Below, piece by piece: positions 50,468 through 60,106 of a stretch of DNA of 64,000 bases (position 1 is its first letter; the number at the start of each line of letters is the position of its first letter). The DNA is from an uncultured Flavobacteriales bacterium (GTDB lineage Bacteria > Bacteroidota > Bacteroidia > Flavobacteriales_C > GCA-002722245), in assembly GCA_905182585.1 (NCBI GenBank), contig CAJJCC010000018.1, forward strand, positions 34,857-98,856, given 5' to 3'. Made by a program: the position numbers and the translations under genes. The notes below the pieces were generated by a model. The model did no database searches. It was given only the letters and a program-made list of their open reading frames with translations, and had not been told where the DNA came from.

Positions 50468-51604
50468 ATGCAGGGAATTTACAACAAAATATATGGCGAT
50501 AAAGTCATTTGGGGTGTCATAATTTCTCTTGCTTTAATGTCTATTCCAATTGTATATGTTGGAACCGATCAGTTAGCACAATTGAGGGGAGGTAATTTCT
50601 TTTATTTCGTGATTAAACACGCAATAATATTATTAGGTGCCTTTGTCATTGCTTATCATGTGTCTAAAATAAAACACGGATATCTCTCTAGATTGTCGTT
50701 AATATTAATGGTAATCACCGTACCTCTTTTATTATATACTATGTTAGCCGGACATAGTGTTGATTCAGCTGAAAGGTGGATCAAAATTCCAATTATCGGA
50801 TTAAGTTTTCAGTCTTCTGATTTTGCAAAATTAGCAGTTACTATTTATTTAGCTCGAGTTCTTAGTCGAAAACAAGGAAAGCTAGATGATTTCAAAGAGG
50901 TTTTAAAACACCTTTTTTTCCCAGTTGTAATAATCTGTGGGTTAATCTTAAAAAGTGACTTTAGTACAGCAGCTCTTATCATGGGAGGTTGTTTTATTAT
51001 GATGTTCTTTGGAGGAGTTAAAATCAAGCATTTTGCAATTATATCAGGTTTAATTGTTTTGTTATTTACCCTATTAATATTACTTTTTCCGGAAGGTTTA
51101 CAACGTTTGCTAACTTGGGTAAATAGATTACTCGCATTTGGCGATGCAGCTCATGAAGGTAATTATCAAAAAAACTTGGCGCAAGCGTCAATATATGATG
51201 GTGGTGCAATTGGATTATGGTTTGATATATTACCTGGTAATTACGGTCAGCCACCACAGGCAGCATCGGATTTTATTTACGCTACAATCTTGAGGAATTA
51301 TGGTTTGGTTGGAGGTGTATTTACCATTGTAATGTATTTGGTCTTATTTTTCAGGAGTATTAAAATAGCCAGAAAATGTACTAAACTTTTTTCAACTTTA
51401 TTGGTTATAGGTTTATCATCTGGACTAGTTTTACAGGCCTTTAGTAATATGGCTGTTGCAGTTGGATTATTTCCAGTAACTGGGCAACCATTACCAATGG
51501 TAAGTATGGGGGGGACATCTCTTTGGTTTACTGCAATATCAATTGGAATTATTTTGAGTGTTAGTCGTGAAACAAGTAGTTCTAAAAATGAAGAAATCGC
51601 CTAA
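50468..51604 (+). CDS. ftsW: Peptidoglycan glycosyltransferase FtsW (SEDS family)
   Basis: 10-TM SEDS protein in the dcw position. Confidence 0.88.
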   Translation: MQGIYNKIYGDKVIWGVIISLALMSIPIVYVGTDQLAQLRGGNFFYFVIKHAIILLGAFVIAYHVSKIKHGYLSRLSLILMVITVPLLLYTMLAGHSVDSAERWIKIPIIGLSFQSSDFAKLAVTIYLARVLSRKQGKLDDFKEVLKHLFFPVVIICGLILKSDFSTAALIMGGCFIMMFFGGVKIKHFAIISGLIVLLFTLLILLFPEGLQRLLTWVNRLLAFGDAAHEGNYQKNLAQASIYDGGAIGLWFDILPGNYGQPPQAASDFIYATILRNYGLVGGVFTIVMYLVLFFRSIKIARKCTKLFSTLLVIGLSSGLVLQAFSNMAVAVGLFPVTGQPLPMVSMGGTSLWFTAISIGIILSVSRETSSSKNEEIA

Positions 51605-52703
51605 AGTAATCGTAAGTGGTGGAGGTACGGGAGGCCATATTTTCCCTGCTGTAGCTATCGCTAATTCAATAAAATTAAAGTATCCAGATGCAGAAATCCT
51701 TTTTGTTGGCGCAAAAGGTAAAATGGAGATGGAAAAAGTTCCTAAAGCTGGTTATCCTATTGAAGGTTTGTGGATTAGTGGAATTCAGAGAAAGCTTACA
51801 TTCGCTAATCTTTCATTCCCCTTTAAGTTGATTTCGAGCCTATGGAACGCACGAAAAATCATAAAAAGATTCAAGCCTGATGTCTGTATAGGAGTTGGAG
51901 GTTTTGCAAGTGGGCCTTTATTACAAGCAGCAGCTTGGCAAAAAGTACCTACTTTAATTCATGAGTCCAATTCATATCCAGGGATTACAAATAAGTTATT
52001 AGGAAAAAGCGTAAATACTGTTTGCGTAGCATTTCAAGGAATGCAAAAGTTTTTTCCAAAAGCCAAAAATTTGGTGATAACGGGAAATCCAGTTCGTCAA
52101 GAAATTTTAAAATTAGCAGGTAAAAAAGCCCGTGCCATTGAGCAATATAAGTTAGATGGGAATAAACCAATTGTACTGTCTATAGGAGGTAGTCAAGGAG
52201 CGAGAAGTATTAATCATGCTTTAGACGCGTCTTTGGAACAGTTTGCTGAAAATGGTTATCAATTGTTATGGCAAACGGGGAAGTTTTATAAAAAAGAATC
52301 TCAATCTAGAATAAAGGCAATAGGGAGTGATTTGTTGCAAGCTCATGAGTTTATTTATGATATGGATTTAGCTTACGCAGCTGCTGATGTTGTGATTTCA
52401 AGATCAGGAGCAATGTCAGTAACCGAATTAAGTTTAGTAGGTAAGCCCTGTATTCTGGTGCCATTTCCGCATGCAGCAGAAGACCATCAAACAGCTAATG
52501 CGATGGCGTTGGTGAATAACAATGCAGGTATTTTATTAAGAGATTCAGAGGTAAAAGAAAAGCTTTTTATTGAAGTACATAATTTACTCTCTGACGAAGT
52601 TAAGCGTGAAAGCTTAAAACGTAATATTGAGAAGTTAAGGATCGAAAACGCATCAGCATTAATTATGGTTGAAGTTGAAAAGCTATTAAGAAGTGACAAA
52701 TAA
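51588..52703 (+). CDS. murG: Undecaprenyldiphospho-muramoylpentapeptide beta-N-acetylglucosaminyltransferase
   Basis: GGGTGGHIFPA N-terminal motif; start moved to the internal ATG at 51588 (17-nt overlap with ftsW). Confidence 0.9.
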   Translation: MKKSPKVIVSGGGTGGHIFPAVAIANSIKLKYPDAEILFVGAKGKMEMEKVPKAGYPIEGLWISGIQRKLTFANLSFPFKLISSLWNARKIIKRFKPDVCIGVGGFASGPLLQAAAWQKVPTLIHESNSYPGITNKLLGKSVNTVCVAFQGMQKFFPKAKNLVITGNPVRQEILKLAGKKARAIEQYKLDGNKPIVLSIGGSQGARSINHALDASLEQFAENGYQLLWQTGKFYKKESQSRIKAIGSDLLQAHEFIYDMDLAYAAADVVISRSGAMSVTELSLVGKPCILVPFPHAAEDHQTANAMALVNNNAGILLRDSEVKEKLFIEVHNLLSDEVKRESLKRNIEKLRIENASALIMVEVEKLLRSDK

Positions 52704-54054
52704 AAAAAACATATACTTTATTGGAGTTGGAGGAATAGGAATGAGTGCTTTAGCGCGTTATTTCCAAGCTAAAGGTTTTAAGGTTGGAGGTTACGATAAA
52801 ACAGAAACAGTTTTAACCCAAAAGTTGCTGGAAGAAGGTGTTGATATCCATTATGAAGACGATTTGAATAAGGTTAATGAAGTATTTAAAAAGGTAGAAG
52901 ATACATTAGTTATTATTACTCCAGCCATTCCGAAAGATCATTCAGAATGGCGTTTTTTTAAGGATAATGGTTTTGAAATTTTAAAAAGAGCTCAGGTTTT
53001 AGGAAGAATAACGGAATCAAACAAAAGTATTGGAGTTGCCGGAACACATGGTAAAACCACCATTTCGAGTATGATTGCTCATCTTTTTAAATTTTGTCAA
53101 GTTCCATTTACAGCGTTTTTGGGTGGTATTTCGAAAGATTTACAAAGTAACTATTATCATGATGCTAATAGTGAAATAACGGTGATTGAAGCAGATGAAT
53201 ATGATCGGTCATTTTTACATTTAAAACCTGAAATTGCGACCATTTCGGCCATCGACCCTGATCACTTAGATATTTATGGGACAAAGGAGGAAATGGAAAA
53301 AACCTTTAAAAAATACTTAGAGGAAAATTTAGTGAAAGGTGGTGTTGGAATTATTCATCACTCGTTAACGTCTGTTTTGGGGAGTGGCTATAAAACATAT
53401 TCTATAGAAGACGATTCAGCTGATTTTTTTGCTGACAACTTTCGAGTTGAAAATGCTGAGTTTATTGCCGATTTCAAGTGGGAAGGAAATATATTGAATG
53501 ATGTGAAAATAGGATTACCTGGTATTCACAACATGGAAAATAGTTTAGTTGCATTTGCAGTAGGAATTCAAAAAGGAATAAACCCCACGTTATTAAAGGA
53601 TGCATTATTGAATTATGGTGGAGTAGATAGAAGATTTGATGTTCATATTAAATCTGATCGTATTGTTTATATAGATGATTATGCGCATCATCCTGAAGAG
53701 ATTAATAAATTGGTAGCATCGGTTCGTAAAATGTTTCCAGGTAAAAAAATATTGGGTATTTTTCAACCGCATTTATTTAGCCGAACTCAAGATTTTGCGA
53801 ATGAATTTGCAAGGAGTTTAGAAGAGCTCGATGAATTGCTACTTTTGGATATTTATCCAGCAAGAGAATTACCTATTTCAGGGGTGAATTCTCAGATGCT
53901 TTTGGATTTAATTAACATGAATTCAAAAATGCTTTGTTCAAAAAAAGAGTTAGAACCCCGTATAAAGCAATCAGATTCTTACGTAGTTTTAAGCATAGGT
54001 GCCGGAGATATCGGTGCTGAAGTTGAAAACATAAAGAAATACCTTTTAAAATAA
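52693..54054 (+). CDS. murC: UDP-N-acetylmuramate--L-alanine ligase
   Basis: FIGVGGIGMSALA and GTHGKTT motifs. Confidence 0.93.
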   Translation: MTNKKNIYFIGVGGIGMSALARYFQAKGFKVGGYDKTETVLTQKLLEEGVDIHYEDDLNKVNEVFKKVEDTLVIITPAIPKDHSEWRFFKDNGFEILKRAQVLGRITESNKSIGVAGTHGKTTISSMIAHLFKFCQVPFTAFLGGISKDLQSNYYHDANSEITVIEADEYDRSFLHLKPEIATISAIDPDHLDIYGTKEEMEKTFKKYLEENLVKGGVGIIHHSLTSVLGSGYKTYSIEDDSADFFADNFRVENAEFIADFKWEGNILNDVKIGLPGIHNMENSLVAFAVGIQKGINPTLLKDALLNYGGVDRRFDVHIKSDRIVYIDDYAHHPEEINKLVASVRKMFPGKKILGIFQPHLFSRTQDFANEFARSLEELDELLLLDIYPARELPISGVNSQMLLDLINMNSKMLCSKKELEPRIKQSDSYVVLSIGAGDIGAEVENIKKYLLK

Positions 54055-54073
54055 GGCTGTAGGGCTATTTGGT

Positions 54074-54850
54074 GTGAAAGAAGGACTAAAGAAAATAGGC
54101 GGTTTTTTACTGCTAATAGCCTTGTTTGTTTTAGTTTCGTTTGCAAAAAACGAGCAAGACAAAAAAATAGTTAATGCTGTTAATGTGAATATTAATGCCA
54201 CTGAAGGGGATCCTTTCATGGATAAAAAAGATATTCTCAATTTAGTATATACTAGACTTGACACCTTAATCGGAAAACCGATAGGGAATTTGCAGTTGAA
54301 TGAAGTTGAAAACCTGATAAGTAGGGAGACTTCAGTGAAAAGTGCAGAGGTATATGTGAAACACAATGGAGACGTTCATTTAAATGTTAAGCTTAAAAAA
54401 GTAATTGCTCGATTTAAACCTGATTCAACATCGGGTTTTTATATTGATGAAACAGGTAAGGTTATGCCTTGGGTATCCAAGTATTCACCACGTGTTTTAA
54501 CGGTATCCGGTTATTTAAATATGTACAATAGGTATTTGGTAGATTCGGCTGTTCATGTTGATTTATCAACGCATCAAAAATTAGTAAACGATGTTTACGA
54601 TTTTGCAAAGTATGTAAATAAAGACCCCTTTTGGAAATCGTTAATTGGCCAGGTTTACATCAATAATGAAGGGGATGCTATTCTTATTCCACTTTTAGGG
54701 AATCAGGAATTTTTATTTGGAGAGTTAACCAATTACGAAGAAAAGCTAAACAAGATTAAAAGGTATTACAAAGATATTGCACCTAAAATGGGTTGGAATA
54801 AGTACAAAGAAGTGAACGTAAAGTTTAATAAGCAAATAGTTTGCAAATAA
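54074..54850 (+). CDS. ftsQ: Cell division protein FtsQ (POTRA-containing)
   Basis: Bitopic, about 258 aa, position between murC and ftsA; GTG start. Confidence 0.65.
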   Translation: MKEGLKKIGGFLLLIALFVLVSFAKNEQDKKIVNAVNVNINATEGDPFMDKKDILNLVYTRLDTLIGKPIGNLQLNEVENLISRETSVKSAEVYVKHNGDVHLNVKLKKVIARFKPDSTSGFYIDETGKVMPWVSKYSPRVLTVSGYLNMYNRYLVDSAVHVDLSTHQKLVNDVYDFAKYVNKDPFWKSLIGQVYINNEGDAILIPLLGNQEFLFGELTNYEEKLNKIKRYYKDIAPKMGWNKYKEVNVKFNKQIVCK

Positions 54851-54865
54851 TATTACAGTGGTAAG

Positions 54866-56137
54866 ATGAGTAATTCAGATATAGTTGTTGGATTGGATAT
54901 AGGTACTACCAAAATTGTTTGCATGGTGGGACGAAGAAATGAATACGGGAAAATCGAAATCCTTGGAATGGGAAAATCGGAGTCTGTAGGAGTTACTCGT
55001 GGTGTTGTTTCAAACATCGATAAAACCGTAGACAGTATTAGAACTGCAGTAACTGAAGCCGAAGCTCAATCGGGTGTTGATATTCGGGTTGTTAATGTGG
55101 GTATCGCTGGTCAGCATATTAAAAGTTTACAGCATCGAGGTGAAAAGATTCGTCATACTTATGAAGAGGAAATTTCTCAAGTAGATATCGATAGTTTAAT
55201 CGATGATATGTATAAGCTGGTAACATTACCAGGTGAAGAAATCATTCACGTATTACCTCAAGAATATATTGTAGATAATGAACAGGGAATAAAAGATCCA
55301 ATAGGAATGGCCGGAGTTCGTTTAGAAGCGAATTTTCACATAATAACAGGACAGGTTACCGCCGCTAAAAACATTTACAAATGTGTTGAAAAAGCAGGAT
55401 TAAAAGTAGCTGAATTAATCCTTGAGCCACTAGCTTCTTCCGAAGCCGTGTTAAGTAGTGAGGAAAAAGAAGCAGGAATTGCTTTGGTTGATGTTGGTGG
55501 TGGAACTACTGACATTGCTATTTTTCAAGATCAGATAATTAGACATACCGCTGTTATTCCTTTTGGAGGAAACATCGTTACTGAGGATATAAAAGAAGGT
55601 TGTACAATTATCAAATCGCAAGCTGAACTGTTAAAAGTGAAGTTTGGATCTGCTTTAGCCAACGAAAATCAAGAAAATGAAATAGTTAGTATTCCTGGTT
55701 TAAGAGGAAGAGCTCCTAAAGAGATTTCGGTTAAAAACTTAGCACATATCATTCAAGCAAGAATGGAGGAGATTGTTGAGAATGTTTATTTCGAAATTAA
55801 GAACTCAGGATTTGAGAAGAAATTAATTGGAGGGATAGTTATCACTGGTGGTGGATCTCAATTAAAGCATATTCCACAATTGGTGGAGTATATGAGCGGA
55901 ATGGATACAAGAATTGGTTATCCAAACGAACATTTAGCAAGCGGGAATGCCGAAGGTATTACGTCTCCGGTTTACGCAACTGGGGTAGGCTTAGTAATTA
56001 AGGGATTAGAAAAAGCTGCAAAACAGCAAAATAATCAAGTGAACAAAGTAAAAGGACATTCAACTAAAAAAGAAGGAAATTTCTTTGATGCAATATTAAA
56101 GAAGTCGAGAGAGTTTTTTGAGGATGATACAGAATAA
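54866..56137 (+). CDS. ftsA: Cell division protein FtsA
   Basis: Actin-like ATPase motifs (LDIGTTKI, VDVGGGTTD). Confidence 0.95.
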   Translation: MSNSDIVVGLDIGTTKIVCMVGRRNEYGKIEILGMGKSESVGVTRGVVSNIDKTVDSIRTAVTEAEAQSGVDIRVVNVGIAGQHIKSLQHRGEKIRHTYEEEISQVDIDSLIDDMYKLVTLPGEEIIHVLPQEYIVDNEQGIKDPIGMAGVRLEANFHIITGQVTAAKNIYKCVEKAGLKVAELILEPLASSEAVLSSEEKEAGIALVDVGGGTTDIAIFQDQIIRHTAVIPFGGNIVTEDIKEGCTIIKSQAELLKVKFGSALANENQENEIVSIPGLRGRAPKEISVKNLAHIIQARMEEIVENVYFEIKNSGFEKKLIGGIVITGGGSQLKHIPQLVEYMSGMDTRIGYPNEHLASGNAEGITSPVYATGVGLVIKGLEKAAKQQNNQVNKVKGHSTKKEGNFFDAILKKSREFFEDDTE

Positions 56138-56166
56138 AATTAGAAATTTTTAAGCCAATAAATGTT

Positions 56167-57960
56167 ATGATGCAATTTGATTTAGAAAAAGAGGAAAAGT
56201 CTATCATCAAGGTATTTGGTGTAGGAGGTGGTGGGTCCAATGCGGTAAACCACATGTACAAACAAGGAATCAAAGGAGTAGATTTCTTTATTTGTAACAC
56301 TGATGAACAATCTTTAGAAATGAGTCCAGTTCCCAATAAAATTCAGTTAGGTTTAAACCTTACTGCTGGAAGAGGAGCAGGATCATTAGCGGAAGTAGGT
56401 AAAAACGCTGCTTTAGAGAATATTGATGAAATTAGAGAAATCCTTGAAAAGGATACTAAGATGCTTTTTATTACAGCAGGAATGGGTGGTGGAACCGGTA
56501 CAGGTGCAGCTCCAATCATTGCTAGAATAGCAAAAGAGTTGGGTATTCTTACAGTTGCTATCGTAACATATCCGTTTGGATTTGAAGGAAGAAAAAGATC
56601 AAACCAAGCTGATGGAGGTTTAGAAGAATTACGTGATGCGGTTGATACTTGTGTAATTATCTGTAATGATAAATTAAGAGAGATTTACGGAAACCTTTCC
56701 TTATCGGATGCATTTAGTAAAGCAGACGATATTTTAACTGAAGCATCTAAAGGGATTGCTGAAATTATAACAAGAACAGGATACATTAACGTGGATTTTG
56801 AAGATGTTAGAACTGTAATGACTAATAGTGGCGTTGCAATTATGGGATCGTCTTTAGCATCTGGTGAAAACAGAGCTATTAAAGCGGCCCAAGAAGCTTT
56901 AGAGTCTCCATTATTAAATGATAATAATATAGAAGGAGCGAATTACATTCTATTAAATATTACTTCAGGTAACAGTGAAGTTATGATGGATGAGATTTCT
57001 CAAATAACTGATTATATTCAAGATGAAGCAGGATTATCTGCAGACATCATTTGGGGGACAGGAATAGACGAGGAATTAGGGGATAGTATCTCTATCACTT
57101 TAATCGCTACTGGTTTTGAAGCGAATAAATCAATTGGTGGTATTCAATCTGAAAAGAGAAAGGATAAAGTAGTTCATAGTTTAAAAGAAACTGATCCAGC
57201 TCCACAGGCTGTTAATAGCCTTAAATCAGATGCTGTTAATCCTATGGAACCGCAATTAAAGTCTGCAGAAACTCCTCAAGTTGAGCAAACGAGAATGGAA
57301 TTAAATGTTCCTGCAGTAGAAAAGAAACAGGAAGAGACTTTACCTTCTGGTTGGGAAGTTAAGGCTCCAGTTTCTGTAGTTGAAACACCAGTTGCAGAAT
57401 CTGAAACTCCAAAAATTGTACATAATCTTTATGATGAAGCTTTTTCTGCTACTGTTGAGCAAGAAGAGAAAATAGTAGAAGAAGATAATTCTCCTACTTT
57501 CGAATTTGAAGCTTCTGACGTTGAGGAAACAAGTACTGAAACGTTTAACGAAAGAGAAGATGAGCAAAACCAAGCTGCAGAATCTATAGAAGAAAAACCT
57601 TTCGAGCCAACTTTTAACAAAATTCCAGCTGAACCTGAACACAAAGCTCCTGTAGGATTTGAGGCTCCTAAAAAGGCGCCAGAGTCTTCAACTTTTGCGA
57701 GTGAATTGGAATCAGAAGAAAGATTAAGAAGATCACAAGAAAGATTAAGTCAGTTAAATAATTTGACGCATAAATTAAAGTCACCTTCTGGAATTACAGA
57801 TTTAGAAAATGAGCCTGCTTACATCAGAAGAAAAGTAAGATTGGATAATCTTCAGCACTCTTCAGAGAGCAGTGCTTCACGTTTCACATTAGGAGATGAC
57901 GGAGAAAATAATCCTGAGATTCGTTCAAACAACTCTTTCTTACATGATAATGTAGATTGA
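56167..57960 (+). CDS. ftsZ: Cell division protein FtsZ with long acidic C-terminal linker and extended C-terminal tail
   Basis: GGGTGTG tubulin signature, core about 320 aa, about 230-aa disordered linker, FtsA-binding-like peptide EPAYIRRK followed by about 40 more residues. Confidence 0.95.
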   Translation: MMQFDLEKEEKSIIKVFGVGGGGSNAVNHMYKQGIKGVDFFICNTDEQSLEMSPVPNKIQLGLNLTAGRGAGSLAEVGKNAALENIDEIREILEKDTKMLFITAGMGGGTGTGAAPIIARIAKELGILTVAIVTYPFGFEGRKRSNQADGGLEELRDAVDTCVIICNDKLREIYGNLSLSDAFSKADDILTEASKGIAEIITRTGYINVDFEDVRTVMTNSGVAIMGSSLASGENRAIKAAQEALESPLLNDNNIEGANYILLNITSGNSEVMMDEISQITDYIQDEAGLSADIIWGTGIDEELGDSISITLIATGFEANKSIGGIQSEKRKDKVVHSLKETDPAPQAVNSLKSDAVNPMEPQLKSAETPQVEQTRMELNVPAVEKKQEETLPSGWEVKAPVSVVETPVAESETPKIVHNLYDEAFSATVEQEEKIVEEDNSPTFEFEASDVEETSTETFNEREDEQNQAAESIEEKPFEPTFNKIPAEPEHKAPVGFEAPKKAPESSTFASELESEERLRRSQERLSQLNNLTHKLKSPSGITDLENEPAYIRRKVRLDNLQHSSESSASRFTLGDDGENNPEIRSNNSFLHDNVD

Positions 57961-57987
57961 TTTCTATAATATGACATGATATTTGGC

Positions 57988-58016
57988 AAAAGCCACTCCT
58001 TGGAGTGGCTTTTTTA
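57988..58016 (+). terminator. Rho-independent terminator after ftsZ
   Basis: agccactcc-N-ggagtggct hairpin + T-run. Confidence 0.6.
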
Positions 58017-58085
58017 TTTATATAATTAGTGGTATAATAAAAAAAACATTTATTTTAGTTTCAACTAACTAAAAGTATTTTCATT

Positions 58086-58349
58086 ATGAAAAAAATCAAA
58101 CTTGCTGTTGCAGCTATCGCTGTTTCAGGATTGTTGGCTTCATGTCAATATCAGGTTCTTCAAGTTACCAATAATGCTATTGGAACTAAAACTGGTAAAG
58201 CTACAGCTAAACCATTCCAGAAAGACGCTAACTATACTTACAAGAAGGCAGCTGAAAATGGAAATATTCAAGAAATAGGAAGTGCAACGTTTACTTACAA
58301 AACGTTTTTCATTTTCTTTACAATAACAACTGAAGTAACAGGAGAATAA
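58086..58349 (+). CDS. Small lipoprotein, member 1 of a tandem triplet (possibly TRL-like family)
   Basis: Lipobox LASC; ...TNNAIGTKTGKA... and C-terminal ...VTGE shared with the next two genes. Confidence 0.5.
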   Translation: MKKIKLAVAAIAVSGLLASCQYQVLQVTNNAIGTKTGKATAKPFQKDANYTYKKAAENGNIQEIGSATFTYKTFFIFFTITTEVTGE

Positions 58350-58356
58350 GAGAACT

Positions 58357-58680
58357 ATGAAAAATCTAAAAAATATAACTTTAATTGGAGCCTTAGCACT
58401 AGGTGTTGCTTCATGTTCTGTGACTAGACCTTTAGCTGTTACTGATAACGCATTAGGAGAGAAATCAGGAAAGTCTGCTAATATTTGTTTATTTGGAATG
58501 GCTGCACCTGCTGGTGGCGGTGCTGGACAAATTATTTCAAGTGGAATTTGTTTTAATAATAAATACGGAATTGTTGAAGCTGTTGAAAACGGTGGAATTA
58601 AAACTGTAGGAGCTATTGATATCAAAGTAACAAATTACTACGTATTCAAGAAATATGAACTTATCGTTTCAGGTGAATAA
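58357..58680 (+). CDS. Small lipoprotein, member 2 of tandem triplet (possibly TRL-like family)
   Basis: Lipobox VASC; TDNALGEKSGKSA, C-terminal VSGE; contains Gly-rich insert. Confidence 0.5.
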   Translation: MKNLKNITLIGALALGVASCSVTRPLAVTDNALGEKSGKSANICLFGMAAPAGGGAGQIISSGICFNNKYGIVEAVENGGIKTVGAIDIKVTNYYVFKKYELIVSGE

Positions 58681-58696
58681 TTAAAAAAGAATTAAG

Positions 58697-58978
58697 ATGA
58701 AAAGAATTATATCAAAAATAAGCATGATTGTATTAGCAGGTGTTGTTTTAACTTCATGTGCTGTTAGTTCTCCACTTATGGTTACTAGTAACAAAGTAGG
58801 GACTAAAACAGGAGAAGCTTCTTATAAAGTTATTTTCGGAATAGCGCCATTAAACGCTGATGCCGGAGCAATTAAAGCTGCGAAAAATGGTAAGATTACA
58901 AAAATCGCTACTGTTGATCAAACTGTAAAAGGTGGATTATTTACTGCTACTGTAACTACTGTTGTTACAGGAGAATAA
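58697..58978 (+). CDS. Small lipoprotein, member 3 of tandem triplet (possibly TRL-like family)
   Basis: Lipobox LTSC; TSNKVGTKTGEAS, C-terminal VTGE. Confidence 0.5.
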   Translation: MKRIISKISMIVLAGVVLTSCAVSSPLMVTSNKVGTKTGEASYKVIFGIAPLNADAGAIKAAKNGKITKIATVDQTVKGGLFTATVTTVVTGE

Positions 58979-58998
58979 TAATCTCTTTAGATAAAATT

Positions 58999-59028
58999 AA
59001 AAGCCTCACAATTGTGGGGCTTTTTTTA
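58999..59028 (+). terminator. Rho-independent terminator after the lipoprotein triplet
   Basis: agcctcacaa-ttgtggggct hairpin followed by T7. Confidence 0.6.
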
Positions 59029-59152
59029 TGCGCTGAATTTTGATAAAAGTGGCTTTTTGATTTAGATATAACAAATCAAATTGTTGAAAAATTAGTGTTT
59101 TGTTAAAACATCTCAGACACAGAAAAATATATTTTTATGCAAAAGAGATGAT

Positions 59153-60106
59153 ATGGCTTACGTTGCATTAGTTTACGGTGGATTTTCAGGGGAAGCGGAA
59201 GTTTCAAAAAAAAGTGCTAACGAAATATTTAATGCTTTTAACGCATCTATAGGTATTCCTATTTTGGTTAGAATTGTAGATAAGAATTGGACTGCCGAAT
59301 TTGAAGGTAAAGACTATGTAATTGATAAAAACGATTTTTCTTTTGTTTCTGGTCAAGGAAAAATAGAGTTTAAATCTGTTTTTAATATTATCCACGGTAC
59401 TCCAGGTGAAGACGGTAAGTTATCCGGTTATTTTGATTTAATTGAAATGCCTTACAATTCTTCAGGAGTTTTAGCGAGTTCTTTAACGTTTAATAAAAAC
59501 TGGGGAAATCGATTTTTAAGTACTTATGGAGTTGCAGTTCCACAGTCGGTAGTGTTTTATAAAAATGAAGATAATTTAGCCTTATATTCTGAAATTAATT
59601 TCCCTTGTTTTGTAAAACCAAACAACGGAGGTTCATCTATTGGAACACATAAGGTATATGATAAAGACGCTCTAGAAGTTGCGCTAAAAGATGCCTTTAT
59701 GCATGATACAGAAGTAATTGTAGAGCAATTTATTAAAGGACGAGAATTCTCTGTTGGAATCATTAAAACCCCAGAAGGAGATCAGGTTATGCCTTTAACG
59801 GAGATAATTGTTGACACTGACTTTTTTGATTACAAACAAAAGTATTCAGATAACGGAGCTACTGAAACAACTCCTGCAGATATTGATCCTGAATTGGCAA
59901 AAGAATGTCAAGCTATTGTTAAGAAGGTATTTAAATTATTAAGGCTTAAAAGAGTTGCTCGGATTGATTTTATACTTCAGGAAGGAACATTTTATTTAAT
60001 TGAAGTAAACACAATCCCAGGAATGAGCTCTAAAAGTATTCTTCCTCAGCAAGCAAAGTATGAAGGGATCAGCTTTAGTGGGTTAATTGAAAAGTTAGGC
60101 GTTTAA
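59153..60106 (+). CDS. ddl: D-alanine--D-alanine ligase
   Basis: ATP-grasp fold, 317 aa, ...HGTPGEDG... and C-terminal NTIPGM motifs. Confidence 0.9.
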   Translation: MAYVALVYGGFSGEAEVSKKSANEIFNAFNASIGIPILVRIVDKNWTAEFEGKDYVIDKNDFSFVSGQGKIEFKSVFNIIHGTPGEDGKLSGYFDLIEMPYNSSGVLASSLTFNKNWGNRFLSTYGVAVPQSVVFYKNEDNLALYSEINFPCFVKPNNGGSSIGTHKVYDKDALEVALKDAFMHDTEVIVEQFIKGREFSVGIIKTPEGDQVMPLTEIIVDTDFFDYKQKYSDNGATETTPADIDPELAKECQAIVKKVFKLLRLKRVARIDFILQEGTFYLIEVNTIPGMSSKSILPQQAKYEGISFSGLIEKLGV

